Shown: positions 18,407 through 27,295, numbered from the stretch's first letter. The stretch is DNA of 32,000 nt from Moraxella nasicaprae (GCF_025643275.1 NZ_CP089977.1:1380001-1412000), one strand, 5' to 3'. Program-made: numbers and translations. Notes: a model not told the origin generated them from the letters alone.

Positions 18407-18482
18407 TGGTGGCGAGAGGCAGGATCGAACTGCCGACACACGGATTTTCAATCCGTTGCTCTACCGACTGAGCTATCACGCC
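18407..18482 (-). tRNA. tRNA-Phe (anticodon GAA), second copy
   Basis: The reverse complement is identical over all 76 nt to the copy at 1172-1247. The same MLYRLSYHAK shadow ORF appears in the track at both places. Confidence 0.95.
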
Positions 18483-18493
18483 AAAGTGGGCGT

Positions 18494-18522
18494 ATTAAAC
18501 CAAAAAAATGAATGTAGGTCAA
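18494..18522 (-). promoter_or_regulatory. Candidate sigma70 promoter of tRNA-Phe copy 2
   Basis: The minus strand reads TTGACC (18522-18517), 17-nt spacer, TGgTTTAAT (18502-18494), then the discriminator ACGCCCAC. Phased T/A tracts (TTTGAT repeats, 18528-18583) lie upstream, like an UP element. Confidence 0.55.
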
Positions 18523-18710
18523 GTGTTTTTGATAAAATTTTTGATATTTTGATGATTTTGGGTATTTTTATCTTTGATTTGATGTCCGTCATGGTGCGTG
18601 ATGGGCAATGCGTGAGCGATGGTCAAAAGAACTTTTTATGTTGATGGATAATAAATGGTGTTATACTATGGCTATTATTGAATCAAGTTTTCATCGAAAA
18701 AAGAGCATCT

Positions 18711-19637
18711 ATGTCGCAGTCAGCCTTATACCAAACTTTGCAAACTTCGCCCACATCGTTAAGCCAACTTCAAGATGGTTTGAATGATGAGTTGATGAAC
18801 GATGTCAAATCAGCAATCTTGGCGGTCAATTTGCCAGAATCTTTATCGCAGGCGTGTTTGTATGCGATGGGCAATGGCGGCAAAAGAGTCAGACCGCTTT
18901 TGGTGTTGGCTGGATTGTCAGTGGTTGGGGTAAGCCAAAGGGGTTTTGAGCTGGCTAGGCGTGCCATGATGGCTGTGGAGATGATTCATGGCTATTCACT
19001 GGTGCATGATGATTTGCCATGTATGGACGATGATGACTTGCGTCGTGGTAAGCCAACCTGCCATATTGTCTATGGCGAGGCGGTGGCGATGCTGGTGGGC
19101 GATGTGTTGCAAACTTTGGCTTTTGAGGTGCTATGCCAGTCTGATGATGACAATGATACGGCAGTGCTGACCGCCAAACTTAGTGCCATACTAGCCCCAC
19201 GAGCCAGACGCATGGTGTCAGGTCAGATGCTTGATTTATTGGGCGAACGCCAAATGCTAGATGCCAAACAGCTACAAGCCATTCATATTGACAAGACGGG
19301 AGCATTGATTGAGGCGTCAGTATTGATGGGAGCGGTGTGTACTGGGGCAAATGCTGATACGATGGACAGGCTAAGTAAGTATGCACAAGCGGTGGGGCTT
19401 GCCTATCAGGTGCAAGACGATGTGCTTGATGTGGTGGCGGACACCAGCACGCTGGGCAAACCTGCTGGCTCTGATGAAAAATTAGAAAAATCAACTTATG
19501 TCAAGCTGCTGGGCGTAGAACAAGCACGCCACTATGCTGATGAGTTATTTGCTCAGGCAAGAGAATGTGTGGCGGTCTTTGGTGATGACAATCTGCTGTT
19601 GCAAGTGGTTGATTGGCTACAAAAAAGAGATTATTAG
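18711..19637 (+). CDS. ispA: Farnesyl diphosphate synthase (geranyltranstransferase)
   Basis: First Asp-rich motif LVHDDLPCMDDDDLRRGKPT and second motif QVQDDVLD. The start is taken at ATG 18711 (the track starts at TTG 18678). TGtTATACT at 18659-18667 is a likely -10. Confidence 0.88.
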   Translation: MSQSALYQTLQTSPTSLSQLQDGLNDELMNDVKSAILAVNLPESLSQACLYAMGNGGKRVRPLLVLAGLSVVGVSQRGFELARRAMMAVEMIHGYSLVHDDLPCMDDDDLRRGKPTCHIVYGEAVAMLVGDVLQTLAFEVLCQSDDDNDTAVLTAKLSAILAPRARRMVSGQMLDLLGERQMLDAKQLQAIHIDKTGALIEASVLMGAVCTGANADTMDRLSKYAQAVGLAYQVQDDVLDVVADTSTLGKPAGSDEKLEKSTYVKLLGVEQARHYADELFAQARECVAVFGDDNLLLQVVDWLQKRDY

Positions 19638-19645
19638 TCGATTTG

Positions 19646-20803
19646 TTAAAAAGACTTGGTCATTAGTTTATGCATTGCTTTTGGTGCCGCCAAGCCTGTC
19701 AAGTCCTGTTGCCAAACAAAAGTGGCATTGACCGCAGTTAGGGCGTGATTGATGTTTTTGTATTGTATTTCATCAAGCTCGATGTTGATGAGCGACAAAT
19801 GCCAATGAAAATGCGTGAGCGTATGTTTGATGGTTTTGTGGGCTTGTATGGGTATGGCTGGCAAAACATCAATAATCTGCCTTTCGGCAAGGCTTAACGG
19901 CTGGGCATTTGCCATCATCTCGTGTTGTTTTTTGGCTGATGATGTGTCATTGGGTATGTTCGCATCATCGCCAATCATGAGCATGGGCAGGCTATATAAA
20001 CCGTCCCAGATACCGCCATCGTTGGTTCGTTTTATCCATAGTCTTTCATCGCCAAATGTGAGGGCGAACACCAAAGAATGACGATGGGGCTTGTCTGCTT
20101 TTTTGGCTTTGACAGGGTAGGCGGTGGGGTTGCCCTGACGATGAGCCGTGCAGTCAGATTGAATGGGGCAGTATTCGCACTTAGGCTTGGTGCGAGTGCA
20201 GATGGTTGCACCCAAATCCATCATCGCTTGGGCGTATTTGCCACTATCCTCATTGGGGGTTAGGGTATCAGCGAGTATCCATAGTGCTTTATCGGTGGCT
20301 TGTTTGGTGATGTCGCCATCAATACCTGCCCAGCGAGTCAGCACTCGTTTGACATTGCCATCGCAAATCACGCCACGACGACGCACGCCCATTGCCATGA
20401 TTGCCCCAGCGGTGGAACGCCCCACACCTCTGATGGCTTGCCACTCATCAAGCGTCTGTGGAAAATTCCCCGTCCTTTCGATAAAATCAGACACCTGTTT
20501 TGCCCCTTGATGTAAGTTTTTGGCACGAGCATAGTAGCCAAGCCCTGCCCAAAGATACGCCACTTCATCAAAGTTGGCATTCGCTAAGTCTTGAACAGTG
20601 GGAAATCTTGACATGAATTTATCAAAATAATTTAATACAGTTGCCACTTGTGTCTGCTGTAACATCACTTCTGATAGCCAGACTGCGTAGATGTTTGCGT
20701 GTGATTGATGATGGTACTGCCAAGGCAAATCGTGGCGACCATCTGTATCAAACCAAGCTAATAGTCGTGGGGCAAAGGTGGTGTGGTTAAGGCTTGTCAT
20801 CAT
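19646..20803 (-). CDS. mutY: A/G-specific adenine DNA glycosylase
   Basis: HhH-GPD block GVGRSTAGAI, a 4Fe-4S loop C-x6-C-x2-C-x5-C (CTRTKPKCEYCPIQSDC), and a C-terminal NUDIX-like domain. Confidence 0.9.
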   Translation of the reverse strand: MMTSLNHTTFAPRLLAWFDTDGRHDLPWQYHHQSHANIYAVWLSEVMLQQTQVATVLNYFDKFMSRFPTVQDLANANFDEVAYLWAGLGYYARAKNLHQGAKQVSDFIERTGNFPQTLDEWQAIRGVGRSTAGAIMAMGVRRRGVICDGNVKRVLTRWAGIDGDITKQATDKALWILADTLTPNEDSGKYAQAMMDLGATICTRTKPKCEYCPIQSDCTAHRQGNPTAYPVKAKKADKPHRHSLVFALTFGDERLWIKRTNDGGIWDGLYSLPMLMIGDDANIPNDTSSAKKQHEMMANAQPLSLAERQIIDVLPAIPIQAHKTIKHTLTHFHWHLSLINIELDEIQYKNINHALTAVNATFVWQQDLTGLAAPKAMHKLMTKSF

Positions 20804-20855
20804 GGCATAAAAGGGCTAGAATACGGTGCAGGTATTATAAAAACATGGACCATAA

Positions 20856-21812
20856 ATGACAACAAAAATGACGAATCGATTTTGTCATGGCATTGCCGCT
20901 GGTATGCTGGCAATGGGCGTGTTGTTGTCTCAATATGCACAGGCATCGTTGCAAGACAGCAGTACGAGCAAATTTATGCCAACTGATTGGCAGATGGGCT
21001 TTGATGATGCATTCGCTGCTTGTGCGGATAATTTTTATCAAGCACCGCCTTTGCTGGTGGGAGAGCAGGGGCAAAGATTAAATCAGCAGTTGTACGCCTT
21101 GTGTTTTGATGGATTTGCCACTTTGTATTCTGGCGTATCTTTGACACCATTTTGGTCGGCATCGCATCTGACCAAGCAACGAGTACAGACCGCTCATCAG
21201 TTGGTGCGTTCGGATAATTTTCGCCCAGAGTATCGTTTACCTGTGCAGGCACAGGCACAGCTGGCAGATTATCGGCGTTCTGGTTTTGATCGTGGACATG
21301 TTGCTCCCAATGGCGATATGGCAACCACCACCCAGCAATATGATAGTTTTAGCCTTGCTAATATTGCTCCGCAGCACACCGACCACAATCGTCATTTGTG
21401 GCGACACATTGAGATTGCTACTCGCACTTTGGCAGTACGTTATGAAGAGGTTTATGTGGTGACGGGCGTGGCGTTTTTGGGCAAGACCAGCCAACGCATT
21501 GGTGGGCGAGTGATGGTGCCAAGTCATTTTTTTAAAGCGGTGTATGTACCGTCAATCCAGCAAGCAGGCGTGTATTGGTCGCCCAATGATGCCGCAGGCA
21601 ACCATCAAGTCATCAGTTTGTCCAAATTGGAGCAGTACACAGGCATTCGTGTCATGCCCGCACTACCTCCCTCTATTCAAACGCACGCTTATGCATTGCC
21701 AGCACCGATGAACGACAAAGAGGCACAGGCGATTTTGTTGGGCAAGACAGGCTGGCTGGATTTGGCTTGGCAAATGGTGCAATATTTGACCAAGTGGCTA
21801 CACCAAACCTAA
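20856..21812 (+). CDS. Secreted DNA/RNA non-specific endonuclease (Serratia NucA / EndA family, beta-beta-alpha-Me finger)
   Basis: Signal peptide ...GIAAGMLAMGVLLSQYAQA, catalytic FDRGHVAPNGD (DRGH = nt 21288-21299), and the Mg-ligand block NIAPQHTDHNRHLWRHIE. Confidence 0.8.
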   Translation: MTTKMTNRFCHGIAAGMLAMGVLLSQYAQASLQDSSTSKFMPTDWQMGFDDAFAACADNFYQAPPLLVGEQGQRLNQQLYALCFDGFATLYSGVSLTPFWSASHLTKQRVQTAHQLVRSDNFRPEYRLPVQAQAQLADYRRSGFDRGHVAPNGDMATTTQQYDSFSLANIAPQHTDHNRHLWRHIEIATRTLAVRYEEVYVVTGVAFLGKTSQRIGGRVMVPSHFFKAVYVPSIQQAGVYWSPNDAAGNHQVISLSKLEQYTGIRVMPALPPSIQTHAYALPAPMNDKEAQAILLGKTGWLDLAWQMVQYLTKWLHQT

Positions 21813-21825
21813 AAAAGAGACAACG

Positions 21826-22065
21826 ATGTTACACAAACCTTTCCATGATGATGGACAAGTGCTACAAATTGGCGGATTAACCATTGAAAATGGCGTTGAT
21901 GGCGTGGTGATTTATGGGGAATTAACCATCTTGCCCAATCAAGCTGGGCGTACGCAGGCTCAGGCTTTGCATGAGATATCTGCCCAATTATTGCGTGCAT
22001 TTGATGGGCAGATTGAGCCAAGCCAAGCACCTGTAAGCCAGATGATTGACAATCCTTTTGCCTAA
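21826..22065 (+). CDS. Hypothetical 79-aa acidic cytoplasmic protein, operonic with the nuclease gene
   Basis: ATG start 13 nt after the nuclease stop, behind an AAGAGA SD. No signal peptide. 9 Asp/Glu versus 3 Lys/Arg. Composition is host-like. I recognise no motif. Confidence 0.45.
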   Translation: MLHKPFHDDGQVLQIGGLTIENGVDGVVIYGELTILPNQAGRTQAQALHEISAQLLRAFDGQIEPSQAPVSQMIDNPFA

Positions 22066-22240
22066 AAACACATCAAAAAATAATTACAAAAAAACAACTG
22101 TACACTTATCAAAACAAATGATATGATGACAATGAAAACAGTGTTTAGTCATTGACATCAATGGTGTGCTTGGCTGTGATGGCGGGTGTGTCTTGATGGA
22201 TTGTTAAATTATCATCTTTTTAAAAAAATAGGAGCTAACA

Positions 22241-22612
22241 ATGAAGCTAACCACCAAATTCGCTATGATTGCCTCTGGTATCGCATTCTCAGCCGCTGCA
22301 TTGGCAGCAGACCCAATCGCAGGCAACTGGCAAATGTCAGAAAATGGTAAGCCAAAAGCGGTTGTGACCATCAGTGAGCAAAGCGGTAAGTTTGTTGGCG
22401 TGGTAACTTCTGGTCAAACCGAAAAAGCCAAAGCCTATGTCAATAAACAAGTATTGTTTGATGTGGTTGCCAAAGGCAACGGCAAGTACGAAGGTCGTGC
22501 CAAAGACCCTCGCTGGGGCATCATTCCTGCGGTCAAAGCAGACATTACCCTAAACGGTAAGAGCCTAACCCTAAAAACCCTAAAAGGTTCACAAACTTGG
22601 GAAAAGAAATAA
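22241..22612 (+). CDS. Small secreted protein (DUF2147-like from memory)
   Basis: Strong SD (TAGGAG) and signal peptide MKLTTKFAMIASGIAFSAAALA. The 123-aa beta-rich sequence carries GNW...GK..G.V and DPRWG features. Confidence 0.7.
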   Translation: MKLTTKFAMIASGIAFSAAALAADPIAGNWQMSENGKPKAVVTISEQSGKFVGVVTSGQTEKAKAYVNKQVLFDVVAKGNGKYEGRAKDPRWGIIPAVKADITLNGKSLTLKTLKGSQTWEKK

Positions 22613-22630
22613 TCTAAGATTTTTTCAAGT

Positions 22631-22661
22631 AAAAAACGCACCAATTTCGGTGCGTTTTTTG
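22631..22661. terminator. Bidirectional terminator between the secreted-protein gene (+) and glnB (-)
   Basis: Stem AACGCACC (22635-22642) / GGTGCGTT (22649-22656), flanked by A6 and T6. Confidence 0.8.
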
Positions 22662-22699
22662 ATGGCGATGAATTTGTGATGAATGAATATTTTGTGTCA

Positions 22700-23065
<366 letters not shown>

Positions 23066-23192
23066 TTACCCAATATGGGCAATTTTGCCAAAATCTACAT
23101 CAAATGGCAAGGTTTGAATGAGGATAATTTGCCGTATTATCCCAAAAAAGTGCTACAATAACCCAAATCATTCATCAAAATAGGAAACAATC

Positions 23193-24569
23193 ATGAATGC
23201 ACAACGGTACACGGTCATTGGTCTGGGCGGTTCAGGCTTATCGGCGGTTAATTTTTTGGCGGCACAGGGGCATCAGGTTGCTGTCACTGACCAAAATCCT
23301 GCCCCAGCATTGGCGGATAAATTACCATCTGGTGTGATGCGTGCTTTTGGGGCGATTGATGGGCAAATGTTGTTGGATAGTGATTGTATCATCATCAGTC
23401 CAGGTGTTGACCCACGCATCAAGGCGGTTGTGGACGCTAAGCAGGCAGGCGTGCGTGTCATCAGCGATGTACAGCTTTTTATTGAGACTCTAAAAGAGAT
23501 TGACCAAAAACAGGCAAAACACACTCCCATCATTGCCATCACAGGGTCGAATGCCAAAAGCACGGTAACGACTTTGGTTGGACAAATGGCAGCCAATGCA
23601 GGCGTTGTGGTTGGTGTGGGCGGCAATATCGGCACGCCAGCCTTAGAGCTGCTGACCATCGCAGGGCTGCAAATGGTGGTGCTAGAATTATCCAGTTTTC
23701 AGCTTGAACACATCTATGACTTATCTGCTGATGTGGCGACCGTGCTAAATATCTCAGCCGACCATCTTGACCGTCATGATGGCATGGCAGATTATCTTGC
23801 CCAAAAATTAAAAATCTTTGAAGGAGCAAAAGCGGCGGTGATTTGCCAAGATGACGCTACCCTTGCCAAAGAGTGCCAGCAATCTTTGACCAAAGTTGCC
23901 AAAATCATCACGACCGCCAGTCAGTCTGACCAGCCAGCGGATTTTTCTTTGGCACAGATGGCAGGCGAGCTGGTCTTGTGTCATGGACAAGAGGTTTTGC
24001 TAAATGCCAACCGCCTAAAAGTCAAAGGCAAGCACAACTTACTTAATGCCTTGTCTGCATTGGCATTGGGGCAAGCAGTCGGTCTGCCAATGACGGCAAT
24101 GCTTGATACTTTGGTGAATTTTAAGGGCTTGCCACATCGCTGTGAATATGTCGATGAGGTGGCTGGCAAGGCTTATTTTAATGATTCAAAAGGCACTAAC
24201 ATTGGCTCAACGCTTGCCGCCATTGATGGCTTGGGCGTGGTCTATGGCGAGCAGTCGCTTGCGTTGATTTTGGGTGGTCAAGGCAAGGGGCAGGATTTTG
24301 GGCAGCTGGCTGATGAGGTGTATCGCTGGGCAAATGGCGTGTATCTGATTGGTGCAGATGCAGCACTGATTGAGCAGGATTTGCTTGGTAAATACCCCAA
24401 TCTGGCGGACAGACTACATCAGGTGGCCATCTTGGATAAGGCGGTCGTGCTTGCCAGCCAAAGTGATGCTAAGGCGGTGCTATTATCTCCTGCTTGTGCT
24501 AGCCTTGACCAATTTAAAAATTATGGCGAACGAGGCGATAGATTTGTTGAACTGGTCAAATCGTTATAA
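23193..24569 (+). CDS. murD: UDP-N-acetylmuramoyl-L-alanine--D-glutamate ligase
   Basis: N-terminal Rossmann GLGGSG, Mur ligase P-loop ITGSNAKSTV, and NISADHLDRH. TGcTACAAT at 23151-23159 is a likely -10. Confidence 0.9.
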   Translation: MNAQRYTVIGLGGSGLSAVNFLAAQGHQVAVTDQNPAPALADKLPSGVMRAFGAIDGQMLLDSDCIIISPGVDPRIKAVVDAKQAGVRVISDVQLFIETLKEIDQKQAKHTPIIAITGSNAKSTVTTLVGQMAANAGVVVGVGGNIGTPALELLTIAGLQMVVLELSSFQLEHIYDLSADVATVLNISADHLDRHDGMADYLAQKLKIFEGAKAAVICQDDATLAKECQQSLTKVAKIITTASQSDQPADFSLAQMAGELVLCHGQEVLLNANRLKVKGKHNLLNALSALALGQAVGLPMTAMLDTLVNFKGLPHRCEYVDEVAGKAYFNDSKGTNIGSTLAAIDGLGVVYGEQSLALILGGQGKGQDFGQLADEVYRWANGVYLIGADAALIEQDLLGKYPNLADRLHQVAILDKAVVLASQSDAKAVLLSPACASLDQFKNYGERGDRFVELVKSL

Positions 24570-24581
24570 CGCTTAAATGAT

Positions 24582-24609
24582 AAAAAGCAGGTCTTGTGCC
24601 TGCTTTTTT
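24582..24609 (+). terminator. Intrinsic terminator between murD and ftsW
   Basis: Stem AGCAGG (24586-24591) / CCTGCT (24599-24604), extended by A/T pairs and followed by TTTTTT. Confidence 0.6.
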
Positions 24610-24715
24610 GTGCGTTCTTAGCATTTGTTGTTTTTTGTTAATCCAAAATCACACAAGGGGCAAAAACTGGTTTATAATATCAAGTTATCCATGATTTTTA
24701 GCAAAGTTGGCATTC

Positions 24716-25918
24716 ATGTCCAGTTCATTATTTGATTTATTTAAAGACCGTATGGCAGGTTCGGTGAATCGTGTCGAGGGCTTGTCTTTTTTGCCTAAGG
24801 CGAGCACGGTGTTGGTGGTCAGTTTATTTTTGCTCATCAGCCTAAGCCTGTTGATGATTGCATCAGCGTCCATTCCGTTTGCAACCAAACATGAACTGCA
24901 TCAGATGTATTTTTTTCGTAATCAGCTGATGTATGTGGTGCTGGGTTTGATGGCAGGTTGGACGGTGTATAAAGTACCGTTGAAACTGTACTGCTCGTTT
25001 GGCTTTGTGGTGGCGTCATTCATCACGATGCTGGCACTGCTATTTTCCACTTTGATTTTAGGCTCAAAGATTAACGGTGCAACTCGCTGGATTAGTCTTG
25101 GGGTGCTGAATTTTCAAGTGGCGGAGCTGTGTAAAGCGGTGATGGTCTTGGTGACGGCAGAATATGTCGTGCGTCGTTCGGCTGATGTGCGTGAAAGCCT
25201 GATGCAAAGTTGGCGGTTGGCGATTTGGTTTTTGCCTACGGTGGTGCTATTGATGGCACAGCCTGACTATGGTAGCTTTGTGATGGTGGTGGCGACAGCA
25301 TTGGTCATCATCTTTGTGTCTGGGGTACCAGTGCGTCATATTGTGATTGCAGCTGGCTCGGCAGCGAGTGTGTTTGCGGTCTTTGCCTTATCAAGTAGCT
25401 ATCGCCGTGAGCGTGTGATGGCGATGTCAGACCCATTTAGTGATGTACAGGATACAGGTTATCAGCTTGCCAATAGTTTGATTGCCTTTGGGCGTGGTGG
25501 CGTGACAGGGGTAGGTTATGGCGATAGTGTTCAGAAATTATCGCATTTGCCAGAAGCACACACTGACTTTTTGCTTGCCATTACAGCCGAAGAATTGGGC
25601 GTGCTGGGTGTATTGTTTGTGCTTTTATTGGAGTTTTTAATCATTGCCTCTATTATGGCAATCAGCTACACCGCTCTAAAACGCCGCCAGCTAAGATTAA
25701 GCTATACCACTTTTGGTTTTGCGGTCATCATCTTTGGGCAGACGGTCATTAACGCAGGCATGAACATGGGTCTATTGCCAACCAAAGGCTTGACCTTGCC
25801 ATTTTATAGCTATGGCGGTTCGTCTATACTGATTATGTTGATGATGGTTGGCTATATTTTACAGGTGGACAAAAAAAGCGAATCCATCTTTTTGAATAAA
25901 GAAAACAGCAGATATTGA
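24716..25918 (+). CDS. ftsW: SEDS-family cell-division protein FtsW (peptidoglycan glycosyltransferase)
   Basis: Polytopic membrane protein with PDYGS, KLSHLPEAHTDF and LPTKGLTLPFYSYGGSS. ATG 24716 is preferred; the track starts at TTG 24707. Confidence 0.85.
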   Translation: MSSSLFDLFKDRMAGSVNRVEGLSFLPKASTVLVVSLFLLISLSLLMIASASIPFATKHELHQMYFFRNQLMYVVLGLMAGWTVYKVPLKLYCSFGFVVASFITMLALLFSTLILGSKINGATRWISLGVLNFQVAELCKAVMVLVTAEYVVRRSADVRESLMQSWRLAIWFLPTVVLLMAQPDYGSFVMVVATALVIIFVSGVPVRHIVIAAGSAASVFAVFALSSSYRRERVMAMSDPFSDVQDTGYQLANSLIAFGRGGVTGVGYGDSVQKLSHLPEAHTDFLLAITAEELGVLGVLFVLLLEFLIIASIMAISYTALKRRQLRLSYTTFGFAVIIFGQTVINAGMNMGLLPTKGLTLPFYSYGGSSILIMLMMVGYILQVDKKSESIFLNKENSRY

Positions 25919-25926
25919 TTATGATG

Positions 25927-25951
25927 ACGCCCATGAATTGGGCGTTTTTTA
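25927..25951 (+). terminator. Intrinsic terminator after ftsW
   Basis: Stem ACGCCCA (25927-25933) / TGGGCGT (25939-25945) followed by TTTTTT. The T-run overlaps the stop codon of the convergent gluQ. Confidence 0.7.
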
Positions 25952-26872
25952 TTGACCGTATGCCAAGTGGGTACGCCCAAGCAAAGGGGTATTATCCCAA
26001 TGTTTAACAGCAAAATCCAAAATCTCTTTGGGGCGGGCATTTGGCATATCAGAATCTGTGGGCTGACCCAATAGCGTCAATGCCTGATAAAGCAGTTGGG
26101 CAGGTTGTGTGGTATCAATGGGTGTGGCAAGATTTTGCTTGGAAAGTTTTTGTCCATCGGTATTATAAATCAAAGGCAGATGATAAATATAATTGGGCAA
26201 AGACAATCGACAAACTTTGATGATGTGTAGCTGAGCGACTGTCATGGGCATGATGTCAATGCCACGCATCAGATGTGTGATGCCTTGAAGTCCATCATCA
26301 ATGGCACAGACCAGTACATAGTTAAATAGCCCATTTTGGCGTTTGACCACCACATCGCCCAGACTTTTGGCAGGATTATCCCAGATAATACCCTGAATAC
26401 CATCAACAAATGCCGTCGCCACATCGGGCAGTTGCAAGCGAATCTTGCTGTCGGTGTGCTGCCAATCGTGCTGAGCGTGCAAACACAATCTTGGGTAGAT
26501 GATGGGGCTATTAAGACTTTGGGGAACAGGATTGCTGGCACGATGAGCGTCCAGCTGTTTTCTGGAACAATGACAGGCATAACTGAGTGATTTTAGTTGT
26601 TCATCAAGATATGCTTGGTAGATGTCTAAGCGATTGGATTGGTAGATGACCTCACCGTCCCAATGCAGACCCAGTTTATCTAAGTCATTTAGAATGCTGT
26701 CAGCGTATTGTGGCTTACATCTTTGCAAGTCAATGTCTTCGATACGAAGTAGCCACTGACCGCCCAGCGACTTGATATGACAAAAGCTCGCCACCGCAGT
26801 GGTCAGCGAGCCTAAATGTAAATGGTGCGTGGGCGATGGAGCAAACCTACCGATGGGAGTGGTTATCGCCAT
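25949..26872 (-). CDS. gluQ: tRNA glutamyl-Q(34) synthetase (GluRS paralog lacking the anticodon-binding domain)
   Basis: Contains GRFAPSPTHHLHLGSL (HIGH-type), the Zn site CHC...Y..LC, and KLSKQ. ATG 26872 lies two codons after the dksA stop; the track starts at TTG 26878. Confidence 0.85.
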   Translation of the reverse strand: MAITTPIGRFAPSPTHHLHLGSLTTAVASFCHIKSLGGQWLLRIEDIDLQRCKPQYADSILNDLDKLGLHWDGEVIYQSNRLDIYQAYLDEQLKSLSYACHCSRKQLDAHRASNPVPQSLNSPIIYPRLCLHAQHDWQHTDSKIRLQLPDVATAFVDGIQGIIWDNPAKSLGDVVVKRQNGLFNYVLVCAIDDGLQGITHLMRGIDIMPMTVAQLHIIKVCRLSLPNYIYHLPLIYNTDGQKLSKQNLATPIDTTQPAQLLYQALTLLGQPTDSDMPNARPKEILDFAVKHWDNTPLLGRTHLAYGQ

Positions 26873-26878
26873 GCCCAA

Positions 26879-27295
26879 TCAACCCAAATTTTGTTTTTCT
26901 TTGATTTCAGATAGGGTTTTGCAATCGATGCACTGAGTGGCGGTTGGGCGAGCTTCTAGGCGACGCAAACCGATTTCTGTGCCACAAGTTTCACAAAATC
27001 CATAATCGCCTGACTCAATTTCTGCCAATGATTTTTCGATTTTGCGAATCAGCTTGCGTTCACGGTCTCTGGTACGCAATGCCAAAGCAAATTCTTCTTC
27101 TTGGGTGGCACGGTCGTTGATGTCTGGCATGGTATTGGTTTCTTCATGAATATAATTTTTGGTGCGTTCAGCTTCCGTGATTAGTTCATGTCGCCAGTTG
27201 GTCAAGATGCTGTGAAAATGTGCTAACTGACCATCAGACATGTATTCTTCGTCTTTTGCTGGCTCATAAGGGGTAAAATTGGTTATTGTATTCAT
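26879..27295 (-). CDS. dksA: RNA polymerase-binding transcription factor DksA (Cys4 zinc-finger form)
   Basis: Coiled-coil tip DINDRA (DxxDxA) and zinc finger CETCG...CIDC. The start is taken at ATG 27295 behind AAGGAA (the track starts at TTG 27355). Confidence 0.9.
   Translation of the reverse strand: MNTITNFTPYEPAKDEEYMSDGQLAHFHSILTNWRHELITEAERTKNYIHEETNTMPDINDRATQEEEFALALRTRDRERKLIRKIEKSLAEIESGDYGFCETCGTEIGLRRLEARPTATQCIDCKTLSEIKEKQNLG

Noticed and set aside
22127-22157. Imperfect palindrome TGACAATGA-AAACAGTGTTT-AG-TCATTGACA upstream of the small secreted-protein gene
   Set aside because: The arms are mismatched and asymmetric, and the central AAACA-G-TGTTT cannot form an RNA hairpin. 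It may be an operator, but the evidence is too weak to report.
23077-23090. GGCAATTTTGCC near glnB as a sigma-54 (-24/-12) promoter or palindrome
   Set aside because: The GG-to-GC spacing is 9-10 nt rather than 12 on either strand. The sequence is only a 4-4-4 inverted repeat, not a true palindrome.
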